DNA from: Eledone cirrhosa
Lineage: Eukaryota
Assembly (NCBI GenBank): GCA_964016885.1
Contig: OZ024756.1
Location: 1,240,001 to 1,304,000, forward strand
DNA: 64,000 nt
Reading direction: 5' to 3'
Made by a program: the position numbers and the translations under genes. The notes under the pieces are model-generated. The model did no database searches and was not told the origin of the DNA. It saw only the letters and a list, made by a program, of their open reading frames with translations. How positions within the stretch are numbered: position 1 is the stretch's first letter; every line of letters starts with the position of its first letter. Shown here in pieces: positions 29,501 through 44,280 of this stretch.

Positions 29501-30402
29501 TGAGTTTCACCAGGCCTCTGACATTCAGCAGCAGCACTGGTGTGACTTTTGGGGTGCCAGTAATGGCTGTCTGTATGACACCTGGTTTGGTGCCAGCGGC
29601 GGCCACTCTGAGTCCCTTAACTGTGGTGGTCTCGAGTGCTAGTGTGGATGACCCTGGCTCTGGAGACGATGCAGCCAGGTCACTGTCCCACAATCTTCTC
29701 TGCCATCACTAAAAAATGTTTCTGATCTGCTGCTGCCATCTGTATCTCGTCGGCATGTGCGTGCCTTCTCCTTGTTGGTGCGGCACGCGCGACATCAGCA
29801 TACTTCTGGAGCGGCTTATTTCGGCTTTGGCTGGGGCATGTTGCGCGAGTATGATGGGCATAGTTCGTTTGAGACCTAGGGTGGGCGAATCTGCATCCCA
29901 TCCCTGTCTCTCCATGCCAGCATGTCCCGTTTTTGAAAAACTTGCACATTACTTGGGTTATTTTGCTCCCAGTGTCTCGGTGCTTTCTGTTCTTCCTTTG
30001 AACAGTTGTCCACTGGTCCCTCTGCGCTTGGTTCTCCTTCGGAAGGTGATTTCGCTTTTCACCTTTGCCCTTTGCTTGTTGGTTGCCCGGCATGCCCTCC
30101 CTGCCTGTGGCGGAGGGTATATCATTTTCTTTCAGGTCCGTGCTTGTGCTCCTCCCTCCTTTTCTTTTACCTTTTCCTTTTCCCTTTCTTCTCCTCATCC
30201 CTCTCTTCGGTTTTGTCCTCCCTGAGGACACGGCTTAGCATCGCCATATGTGGCGCTATGAGGACATACGCTTTCTCAATTTCTTTTCTCTTTCTCTCTA
30301 TCTGTGCCAGGGTCCTCAGAAACCCATGGCTCTTCAGGTTCTCCGACATCTTTTTGCTTGGTGGAGACCCATCAGCCATGGTCCACCCTCCTTGATTCAA
30401 AA
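26513..30402 (-). mobile_element. CR1-group LINE, copy 1; multiple frameshifts, 5' end lost in the gap
   Basis: ORF1 with CCCH finger; AP endonuclease (LLNVRGL, LTETHL, LLGDFN, SDH); RT (QHGFRPGRSC, YLDFAKAFDKV, GVPQGTVLG, YADD, SRLDYCSQLWSP); 3' tail (GTAAAAGA)2. Confidence 0.92.
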
Positions 30403-30602
30403 NNNNNNNNNNNNNNNNNNNNNNNNNNNNNNNNNNNNNNNNNNNNNNNNNNNNNNNNNNNNNNNNNNNNNNNNNNNNNNNNNNNNNNNNNNNNNNNNNN
30501 NNNNNNNNNNNNNNNNNNNNNNNNNNNNNNNNNNNNNNNNNNNNNNNNNNNNNNNNNNNNNNNNNNNNNNNNNNNNNNNNNNNNNNNNNNNNNNNNNNNN
30601 NN
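30403..30602. other. Assembly gap, 200 N
   Basis: Run of N. Confidence 1.
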
Positions 30603-31857
30603 AATACGTCACGTATTACAATTAGATTCTCGATAAAAGCAAGGGAAGTAATCTACGCGTTTCATTCTTGTTAGAATTCATCAGGACTACATATCCAGTG
30701 CTTTTATCGAGAATGACACAGCTAGAGACTTATAGAATACTTAGCTGTGTACAGGAACTGGTTTGAAAGAGCGGTTGCCGGTCCGGCAGAAATTAGAAAT
30801 TGGAATAAATGCTCTGAAATAGCGATATATATGTGAATATAGACATAGAATATTCGAAAATATTCTGTATGTTTATAATAAACATTTTGAAGACCTAATC
30901 GCTATAGAATAGAATACGTCACGTATTACAATTAGATTCTCGATAAAAGCAAGGGAAGTAATCTACGCGTTTCATTCTTGTTAGAATTCATCAGGACTAC
31001 ATATCCAGTGCTTTTATCGAGAATGACACAGCTAGAGACTTATAGAATACTTAGCTGTGTACAGGAACTGGTTTGAAAGAGCGGTTGCCGGTCCGGCAGA
31101 AATTAGAAATTGGAATAAATGCTCTGAAATAGCGATATATATGTGAATATAGACATAGAAGATTCGAAAATATTCTGTATGTTTATAATAAACATTTTGA
31201 AGACCTAATCGCTATAGAATAGAATACGTCACGTATTACAATTAGATTCTCGATAAAAGCAAGGGAAGTAATCTACGCGTTTCATTCTTGTTAGAATTCA
31301 TCAGGACTACATATCCAGTGCTTTTATCGAGAATGACACAGCTAGAGACTTATAGAATACTTAGCTGTGTACAGGAACTGGTTTGAAAGAGCGGTTGCCG
31401 GTCCGGCAGAAATTAGAAATTGGAATAAATGCTCTGAAATAGCGATATATATGTGAATATAGACATAGAATATTCGAAAATATTCTGTATGTTTATAATA
31501 AACATTTTGAAGACCTAATCGCTATAGAATAGAATACGTCACGTATTACAATTAGATTCTCGATAAAAGCAAGGGAAGTAATCTACGCGTTTCATTCTTG
31601 TTAGAATTCATCAGGACTACATATCCAGTGCTTTTATCGAGAATGACACAGCTAGAGACTTATAGAATACTTAGCTGTGTACAGGAACTGGTTTGAAAGA
31701 GCGGTTGCCGGTCCGGCAGAAATTAGAAATTGGAATAAATGCTCTGAAATAGCGATATATATGTGAATATAGACATAGAATATTCGAAAATATTCTGTAT
31801 GTTTATAATAAACATTTTGAAGACCTAATCGCTATAGAATAGAATACGTCACGTATT
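30603..31857 (-). ncRNA. Retrozyme-like array, left block: four 310-bp units with hammerheads on minus
   Basis: Period 310 (AATACGTC at 30603, 30913, 31223, 31533, 31843). TCATCAG (reverse complement of CTGATGA) at 30678, 30988, 31298 and 31608. Confidence 0.88.
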
Positions 31858-33980
31858 GCCGGACCGGCAACCGCTCTTTCAAACCAGTTCCTGTACACAG
31901 CTAAGTATTCTATAAGTCTCTAGCTGTGTCATTCTCGATAAAAGCACTGGATATGTAGTCCTGATGAATTCTAACAAGAATGAAACGCGTAGATTACTTC
32001 CCTTGCTTTTATCGAGAATCTAATTGTAATACGTGACGTATTCTATTCTATAGCGATTAGGTCTTCAAAATGTTTATTATAAACATACAGAATATTTTCG
32101 AATATTCTATGTCTATATTCACATATATATCGCTATTTCAGAGCATTTATTCCAATTTCTAATTTCTGCCGGACCGGCAACCGCTCTTTCAAACCAGTTC
32201 CTGTACACAGCTAAGTATTCTATAAGTCTCTAGCTGTGTCATTCTCGATAAAAGCACTGGATATGTAGTCCTGATGAATTCTAACAAGAATGAAACGCGT
32301 AGATTACTTCCCTTGCTTTTATCGAGAATCTAATTGTAATACGTGACGTATTCTATTCTATAGCGATTAGGTCTTCAAAATGTTTATTATAAACATACAG
32401 AATATTTTCGAATATTCTATGTCTATATTCACATATATATCGCTATTTCAGAGCATTTATTCCAATTTCTAATTTCTGCCGGACCGGCAACCGCTCTTTC
32501 AAACCAGTTCCTGTACACAGCTAAGTATTCTATAAGTCTCTAGCTGTGTCATTCTCGATAAAAGCACTGGATATGTAGTCCTGATGAATTCTAACAAGAA
32601 TGAAACGCGTAGATTACTTCCCTTGCTTTTATCGAGAATCTAATTGTAATACGTGACGTATTCTATTCTATAGCGATTAGGTCTTCAAAATGTTTATTAT
32701 AAACATACAGAATATTTTCGAATATTCTATGTCTATATTCACATATATATCGCTATTTCAGAGCATTTATTCCAATTTCTAATTTCTGCCGGACCGGCAA
32801 CCGCTCTTTCAAACCAGTTCCTGTACACAGCTAAGTATTCTATAAGTCTCTAGCTGTGTCATTCTCGATAAAAGCACTGGATATGTAGTCCTGATGAATT
32901 CTAACAAGAATGAAACGCGTAGATTACTTCCCTTGCTTTTATCGAGAATCTAATTGTAATACGTGACGTATTCTATTCTATAGCGATTAGGTCTTCAAAA
33001 TGTTTATTATAAACATACAGAATATTTTCGAATATTCTATGTCTATATTCACATATATATCGCTATTTCAGAGCATTTATTCCAATTTCTAATTTCTGCC
33101 GGACCGGCAACCGCTCTTTCAAACCAGTTCCTGTACACAGCTAAGTATTCTATAAGTCTCTAGCTGTGTCATTCTCGATAAAAGCACTGGATATGTAGTC
33201 CTGATGAATTCTAACAAGAATGAAACGCGTAGATTACTTCCCTTGCTTTTATCGAGAATCTAATTGTAATACGTGACGTATTCTATTCTATAGCGATTAG
33301 GTCTTCAAAATGTTTATTATAAACATACAGAATATTTTCGAATATTCTATGTCTATATTCACATATATATCGCTATTTCAGAGCATTTATTCCAATTTCT
33401 AATTTCTGCCGGACCGGCAACCGCTCTTTCAAACCAGTTCCTGTACACAGCTAAGTATTCTATAAGTCTCTAGCTGTGTCATTCTCGATAAAAGCACTGG
33501 ATATGTAGTCCTGATGAATTCTAACAAGAATGAAACGCGTAGATTACTTCCCTTGCTTTTATCGAGAATCTAATTGTAATACGTGACGTATTCTATTCTA
33601 TAGCGATTAGGTCTTCAAAATGTTTATTATAAACATACAGAATATTTTCGAATATTCTATGTCTATATTCACATATATATCGCTATTTCAGAGCATTTAT
33701 TCCAATTTCTAATTTCTGCCGGACCGGCAACCGCTCTTTCAAACCAGTTCCTGTACACAGCTAAGTATTCTATAAGTCTCTAGCTGTGTCATTCTCGATA
33801 AAAGCACTGGATATGTAGTCCTGATGAATTCTAACAAGAATGAAACGCGTAGATTACTTCCCTTGCTTTTATCGAGAATCTAATTGTAATACGTGACGTA
33901 TTCTATTCTATAGCGATTAGGTCTTCAAAATGTTTATTATAAACATACAGAATATTTTCGAATATTCTATGTCTATATTC
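31858..33980 (+). ncRNA. Retrozyme-like array, right block: ~6.9 310-bp units with seven hammerheads on plus
   Basis: GTAGTC-CTGATGA-ATTCT-AACA-AGAAT-GAAA-CGCG-TA-GATTAC with cores at 31961, 32271, 32581, 32891, 33201, 33511 and 33821. Confidence 0.9.
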
Positions 33981-34009
33981 ATATATATATATATATATAT
34001 ATATGTATC

Positions 34010-34422
34010 TATCTATCTAAGGCGGGTAAAATTCCCGAGATCCATGGACGAGTTCTCTCCAGCGGTCTCTGTCCCTCATTATCGCTGCCATATCCTGCAT
34101 CTCCAACAGACCAGTGTCTGTCCTTAGGGCATCAACATATGTTAACCTTGGTCTTCCTCTTCTAGTGTGTCGACGTAGGGGCTCCCAAAGGAGCACTGAG
34201 TGCAATGTCAACTCCGGATGTCGGTGAGCATGTCCAGCCAACCTCAGTCTCCTCTGTGTCACTTTTGAGCTGACTTTTGGGATGCTCCCATACAGCTCTG
34301 AGTTTTTCATCCTCAGTGTATACTGATTAATGTTCAGAGCCATCCTCAGCATTCTCGTGTAGCACCCATCCACCATCTGAGTGAGTCTCTTGGTAAGTGT
34401 CCAAGTCTCAGACCCATACAGC

Positions 34423-34424
<2 letters not shown>
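34010..34424 (-). mobile_element. RTE-clade LINE 3' fragment
   Basis: [31 protein letters not shown]...RRLRLAGH...RRGRPRLTYVD...DRDRWR, a typical RTE ORF2 C-terminus. Confidence 0.85.
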
Positions 34425-34500
<76 letters not shown>

Positions 34501-34636
34501 GTATATGTATTTGTATATATATATATATATAGTAGAATAATCGAGTATCGAAAAATCGGCGCACGAGTTCACGATAAACAAAATTCGAGATGAGCGGCAG
34601 AGGGCTCCATAATTCAAATAAATCAGAGCTATAACT

Positions 34637-36918
<2,282 letters not shown>

Positions 36919-37799
36919 GGCTTGGCAACTTGTTGGTATAAGACATGAATTGTCGTCTCTCCAGATTTGAAATTTTAATATTTTAAATCGACAGTAATCG
37001 GATTTATGTATGGCTTTAATTTTTCAGAGGACAAGGAAAACATACAAAAAAGGTAAGTTTTTGTGCTTTGACGCAATTATTTTGAAGTATATTTTACATA
37101 TATTACCGTTTTAAACATGTTTATTTTCACTGTGTGATACATCCATAGGAGACAACACACACACGTGCTTTCTATTTTTCTTGACTACCATATAGAGCAT
37201 ACGTAATCTAATTTTAGTTTAACTTAAACAGATCTTGCATTATTTTGATTTTTCTGAGTAACATAATTTAATTTAATATAATCTTGTTTAATTTGGTATA
37301 AACTTATCTGTTTTTGACTCGTTTTTGTTGTTTCTTGTTTGATATGTTGATATTACAATAACTTCGTATATTTGTAAACAAACATTTAGATTCAACTTAT
37401 ATACAACTTACATCGTGTTTCTATATCTCTGATTCCGGTTTCTTCCATTCATTAATTTAATTTAAAATTTATTTTTATATTTATGAACTGCTATTGCTCA
37501 CGCTGTCTCTTTCTCTCTCCTTCCTTCCCCTCTCTCTCTCTCTAGATCACCGAGCTCTCTCTCTCCCTCTCCCCCTCTCTAGATCAACGAGCTCTCTCTT
37601 TCCCTCTCTCTCTCTCCCTCTATCTCCTCTCTCTCCCTCTGACCTTCCCCTCCACTCTTCCCGCTATCTCTCTCGCTCCCCTCTTCTGTCTCTCTCCTCC
37701 TTTTCTTTTCTTTTCTTCTGTTTCTCTTTCTTTTTCTCGCTGAAGTTATATCTCTATCTGCCTCCCTCTGTCCCTCTCTAACCTCTACCCTACACTTCC

Positions 37800-40700
37800 C
37801 ACTGTCTCTCTTTCTCCCCTCCACAGCGAAATGGACTGCATGCAGGAAAAAGGTGAAATCAGGAGTCAATGAAACTGGTCAAAGATGGAACTTTGATCAA
37901 GGGGTGGACCATGGCTGATGGGTCTCCACCAAGCAAAAAGATGGCGGAGAACCTGAAGAGCCATGGGTTTCTGACGACCCTGGCACAGATAGAGAGAAAG
38001 AGAAAGGAAATTGAGAAGGCGTATGTCCTCATAGCGCCACATATGGCGATGCTAAGCCGTGTCCTCAGGGAGGAGAAAACCGAAGGGAGGGATGAGGAGG
38101 GGGAGAGGGAAAAGGAAGTGGAAAAAGAAAAGGAGGAGAGCACAAACACGGACCTGAAAGAAAATGATATACCCTCCGCCACAGGCAGGGAGGGCAGGCC
38201 GGGCAACCAACAAGCTAAGGGCAAAGGTGAAAAGCGAAATCACCTTCCGAAGGAGAACCAAGCGCAGAGGGACCAGTGGACAACTGTTCAAAGGAAGAAC
38301 AGAAAGCACCGAGACACTGGGAGCAAAAAACCCCAAGTAATGTGCAAGTTTTTCAAGAACGGGACATGCTGGGATGCAGATTCGCCCACCCTAGGTCTCA
38401 AACCAACTATGCCCATCATACTCGCGCAACATGCCCCAGCCAAAGCCGAAATAAGCCGCTCCAGAAGTATGCTGATGTCGCGCGTGCCGCACCAACAAGC
38501 AGAAGGCACGCACATGCCGACGAGATACAGATGGCAGCAGCAGATCAGAAACATTTTTCAGTGATGGCAGAGAAGATTGTGGGACAGCTGACCTGGCTGC
38601 ATCGTCTCCAGAGCCAGGGTCATCCACACCAGCACTCGAGACCACCGCAGTTAAGGGACCCAGAGTGGCCGCCGCTGACACCAGACCAGGTGTCATACCG
38701 ACATCCATTACTGGCACCCCAAAAGTCACACCAGTGCTGCTGCTGAATGTCAGGGGCCTGGTGAAACTCAGCAACATGAGTAAAATTTCCTACCTGGGAG
38801 ACTTAGCCATAGGCAATCAAGCACTATGCATGGCCCTAACCGAAACGCACCTGACAAGCAGTATAGCAGATGCAGAAATACATATACCGAAATATACTGT
38901 ATTTCGTTCGGACAGGAAGGAGAGAACTCATGGTGGGGTTGCTCTGTATATCCGTGAAGATGTCACACCAATTGTACTGTTGATACATTCAAACTCAGTC
39001 TGTGACACACTGATAATACATATGAAGCAACTACAGACAGTAATATGTGTCACATATCGTCCGCCCGATGCCCCCAGTCATGAGGGTAAATTTGAGGATA
39101 GCCTAAGTAGGATAGAAGAGGTCCTTGACAAACTGGACCAGGGTCTCAACATCCTACTGCTGGGAGACTTCAACCTACCAAAGGTCAAATGGCCTGAGGG
39201 CCACCTCCTCCCTGGAATGACGTCACTAGAACAGAGACAGACGGAATCCCTGCTGGCCCTCACACACAGGCTGTTCATGGAGCAAGCAATACTCCTCCCA
39301 ACAAGAGGCGAAAATGTCCTGGACCTTTGTTTTACAAACAACGAAGTGCTCATCCACAATGTAAAGGAGACACCAACAATTCTCTCGGATCATAACTTAG
39401 TAGATCTCATGATATGTGGTCCAAGAGAACCAACAGAGACAAAACCACCAAGAAGCTCCGGGACGCTATCCAACCTTAACTTCTACAAGGCTAACTGGAA
39501 AAAGATTAAGAGTGAAATCCGGAAGCAAACATGGAGTGAAAACACCGCCACACAAGACACTAACACACAATTTCAACACTTCATGACAACGATACATACC
39601 ATATGCAAAACGTGTGTCCCGGAGAAAGAGGCAAACAGACACAAAAATCTTATTCCCAGAGATAGGAAAATCCTTATGAGACTTAGAACTAAACTCTCAA
39701 ACCAGTTGAATAGTCAACAAAACAAAAACAAGAAGGAATCCTGTTTGAAACGTGCACTACTTGACACCGAGATTGCACTCAAACTTTTACATGAGAATGA
39801 GAGGGCAAAGAAAGAGAACAGGGCCATAGAAAACATTAAAACAAACCCTAAGGCCTTCTTTAAATTTGCAAAAGAAACTGCCTCAGTACACTGCAAGATT
39901 GGGCCACTCTTCCACACGGACCGAATAATCTTCCACATTAACCGAAAATCCCCAAGAGATATGTGAAATACTGAACGAACAGTACAAAAGTGTCTTCACA
40001 TGTGCACTGAGGCACATGCAAATAACGAAGCCAGAGGAGTTCTTTGATGCCACAACACTACATCAAGAAATGGCAACCATCAACCACATAGACATAACGT
40101 AGGAGGATGTGGTGTACGCCATTGATGAAATTAGAACAGACTCGGCTGCTGGACCTGATGGATTCCCAGCAGTTCTCCTAAAAATATGTAAGCGGGCCTT
40201 AGCAACTCCACTGAAGATGCTCTTCAGAAGCTCCTTGGCTAGCGGTGTACTACCCAGGGAGCTGAAAGAAGGCACAATATGCCCTATCCATAAAGGAGGT
40301 AGTAGAGCGGAGGCCAAGAACTATAGGCCAGTCTCACTGACGTCGCATATCAGTAAGGTCATGGAGCCAGTCGTCAGAAAGAAACTAATCACTTTCCTCG
40401 AAGAAAATGACCGCCTGACTAGCACGCAACATGGCTTCCGCCCAGGAAGAAGCTGTCTTACACAGCTGCTACATCACTATGACTGGGTACTGAGACAACT
40501 ACTAGACAGCTCACATGTGGACGTGATATATCTTGACTTTGCGAAGGCCTTTGACAAGGTCGACCACGGAATGATATGTCACAAACTACACGGACTCGGC
40601 ATAACTGGAAAAGTAGGTGAGTGGCTGCATGGCTTCCTAAGGGACAGAAGCCAGGCAGTCGCTGCAAATGGGGCCCTCTCGAGGGAAACACCGATAACAA

Positions 40701-41786
40701 GTTGGGTGCCCCAGGGGACAGTCCTGGGACCACTACTGTTTTTGGTGGCTCTCTTGGACATGCCCTCTGTGGTGCATGCAACAACATCCCTCACTAGCTA
40801 TGCTGATGACACTAAGGTAGCACAGGCAATCAAAAACCCGGCTGACGCTGCCCTTTTACAGCAGGATCTGGATGCCATATACAGATGGGCGGAAGAAAAC
40901 AACATGCAGTTTAATGCTGGCAAATTACAAGCCCTACAATACAAACCTGCAAACACAAATATAGTGGAACACAGCTACACAGGACCAGGAGGGACCGATA
41001 TCCCCGTGTCAAAATCGATACGAGACCTGGGCATAGACATGAGCGATGATGCATCTTTTTCTTCACACATCATGAAAGTGGCGACAACATGCAGAAGACT
41101 CGCTGGCTGGATCTTGAGGACTTTCCGGAGAAGAGATCGAGACACCATGTTGACACTGTGGAGGACTTTTGTCCTAAGCCGCCTGGACTACTGCTCCCAG
41201 TTGTGGTCACCCCATAGTGTCAAACTAACCACAGAGCTTGAGGCAATCCAGCGAAGCTACACCAAGAGGATTGCCAAGATGAGGGAGACAAGCTACTGGG
41301 AGAGGCTAAAGGAACTGAACCTCTACTCCTTGGAGCGAAGACGGGAGAGATACGCAGTGATCTACATGTGGAAAATCCTGGAGGGACTAGCACCAAACTT
41401 TGGCATTGGGAGCTGGACCAACCGTCGAACAGGACGTCACTGTCTGGTGCCAAAGGTCCCGTCTTCCACATCTAGAATAAGGAGCAGGTATTGCAATAGC
41501 CTGGGATTCAAGGGCCCTCAACTCTTCAACAGGCTGCCGAGGCATCTGAGAGACTTGCATGACGTGGAGGTGGATGTCTTTAAGAAACATCTCGACACCT
41601 TGTTATCCAGGATCCCGGATGAGCCCACAGCAAGACACGAGGGAAACCTAAGGGCAGCAGCAACAAACTCCCTCCTACACCAGTGGCCAACCTATACAGG
41701 CTGGAGATAAAATGTGTAGCAACAAGGGTGGTGCCCCAGCATGGCCTCAGCCGGATGGCTGAAACAGGTAAAAGAGTAAAAGAGTA
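37800..41786 (+). mobile_element. CR1-group LINE, copy 2; near full length with three lesions
   Basis: ORF1 37869-~38750; APE ORF 38665-39966; RT ORF 40109-41710 with YADD; 3' UTR hairpin TCAGCC-GGAT-GGCTGA; tail (GTAAAAGA)2. The 5' boundary is uncertain. Confidence 0.93.
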
Positions 41787-41839
41787 TATATACATATATA
41801 TATATACATATATATATATATATTTATATATATATATAT

Positions 41840-41928
<89 letters not shown>

Positions 41929-41983
41929 CATATATATATATTTATATATTTATATATATATCTACATATATATATATACATAA

Positions 41984-43150
41984 AGAACGAACTGGCACGT
42001 ATCAAGAACAAATGCACCGACGCCAGAGACCGAGACACACACACCACACATTTCCTGGAAGTACTCAAACTGAACGGATACACGACATCCACCACAAACC
42101 GTGCCAGAAAGAACAGAGGACACCACACACGAGGCACTAACGCTTGCTTCCTGAAGCTCCCACACTTCAGTGAAGAAACAACAACAGCCATCCGCAGAGC
42201 CATCAGACGAGAGGGACTGGATATCCAACTGGCCCATTCGGGTCCTTCTATGCGCGGACGGCTGGCCAAGAGACACTCCACCAGACATGACAACTGCTGC
42301 AGACTAGCCAACTGCCCCATCAACGACACAGACCTATGCCACCAGGCTTACGTAGTATACAGACTAGAGTGTGACAAATGCAACAACTTCTACGTAGGTA
42401 GCACCAACAGACCACTCCACATAAGAATAAAAGAACACCTCAATACTAACGCTTCCTCATTTAAGAAACACCTAGTTAAATGCAAAAACACCGATAAAAA
42501 CATAACAGTTAGGATAGAAACTAAGGAAAGAAAACTCGGCAATCTTAGAATTAAGGAAGTACTTATTATAGATAAAACACATCCACCAATCAATAATAGA
42601 CTAGAGCTCAACACCCAATTTATAACCTGATAGGGCCTCTAGCCCCATATTTACACACCCCACACACACGCTTACACCTCCACTTATTCTCTCTCACACA
42701 TACACACACAAAACCAGTTCTAACACCAGATAACACCTACCCCCCACTTTTACGATTAGACCTATCTTCCCACACTCACACACACACACCCACATACCTT
42801 CTCCCACACACATATACAGGCACGTATATAAAATTAAAAAAATAAAAAAATAAATAAATAAACCCTAAACAAACCCCTCTTAAAGGGAGACTACTCTTTA
42901 TCCACCTAATTTTAATTCTTTGATATTAGAGTTAGAGCAGATACTCTATACTATTTCCGGTCAGCATGGCTTGGCTAGAGATTTAAGACGCTGGTTTGAG
43001 ATCTTTATTTCCCTCCGAAGAAGAGATATTATCTCGAAAATTAAGGACATTTAAATAAATTCAAGGTGAAAGACGAATTCTTTTACTATTGCATTCTTTT
43101 TTCTATGTCCATACCTGCATTGTTTTGGCCTTATTACACATATTCAAACG
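41984..43150 (+). mobile_element. 5'-truncated Penelope/Poseidon-like element
   Basis: LKLNGY...LKLPHF...[35 protein letters not shown]...KEVLII..HPPINN (GIY-YIG endonuclease), stop at 42630. Degenerate hammerhead CCGAAGA...GAAA near 43015-43048. Confidence 0.85.
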
Positions 43151-43152
43151 TT

Positions 43153-43199
<47 letters not shown>

Positions 43200-43230
43200 G
43201 TATATATATGTATATATATGTATATATATG

Positions 43231-43265
<35 letters not shown>

Positions 43266-43832
43266 GTATATATATGTATATATATGTATATATATATATA
43301 TGTATATATATGTATATATATATATGTATATATATGTATATATATATATATATGTATATGTATATATATGTATATATATATATGTATATATATGTATATA
43401 TATGTATATATATATATATGTATGTATATATATGTATATATATGTATATATATGTATATATATATATGTATATTTATGTATATGTATATATATGTATATA
43501 TATGTATATATATATATATGTATATATATGTGTATGTATATATATGTATATATATGTATATGTATATATATGTATATATGTATATATATATATATATGTA
43601 TATATATATTTATATATATATATGTATATATATATATATGTATATATATGTATATGTATATATATGTATATATATATATATATATGTATATATATGTATA
43701 TGTATATATATGTATATATATATATATGTATATATATATATGTATATATATATATATGTATATATATGTATATGTATATATATGTATATATATATATATG
43801 TATATGTATATATATGTATATGTATATATATG

Positions 43833-43867
<35 letters not shown>

Positions 43868-43898
43868 GTATATATATGTATATATATGTATATATATG

Positions 43899-43935
<37 letters not shown>

Positions 43936-44108
43936 GTATATATATGTATATATATGTATATATATATATATGTATATATATGTATATATATATATGTATA
44001 TATATGTATATATATATGTATATGTATATATATGTATATATATATATGTATATATATGTATATATATATGTCTATATATATATATGTATGTATATATATG
44101 TATATATA
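43153..44108. repeat. (TA)n/(TATG)n microsatellite
   Basis: Direct observation. Confidence 0.95.
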
Positions 44109-44224
44109 TTATCTTGATATTAAGTTCTGGTATATCAAATTATTACCATCGAACCACCTTGAATCATAGACAACCTATGTATTTCTGGGGTACCTAGTAC
44201 CTTTAGACATATTGACTTTATTTA

Positions 44225-44273
<49 letters not shown>

Positions 44274-44280
44274 GTATATA

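Noticed and set aside
30603-33980. 310-bp array as rDNA, 5S, snRNA, histone or telomeric repeat
   Set aside because: No recognisable similarity to those RNAs or repeats. The hammerhead fold explains the conserved structure better.
41683-42630. 315-aa ORF as one protein
   Set aside because: Chance read-through of a LINE 3' UTR, (TA)n and a truncated Penelope fragment.
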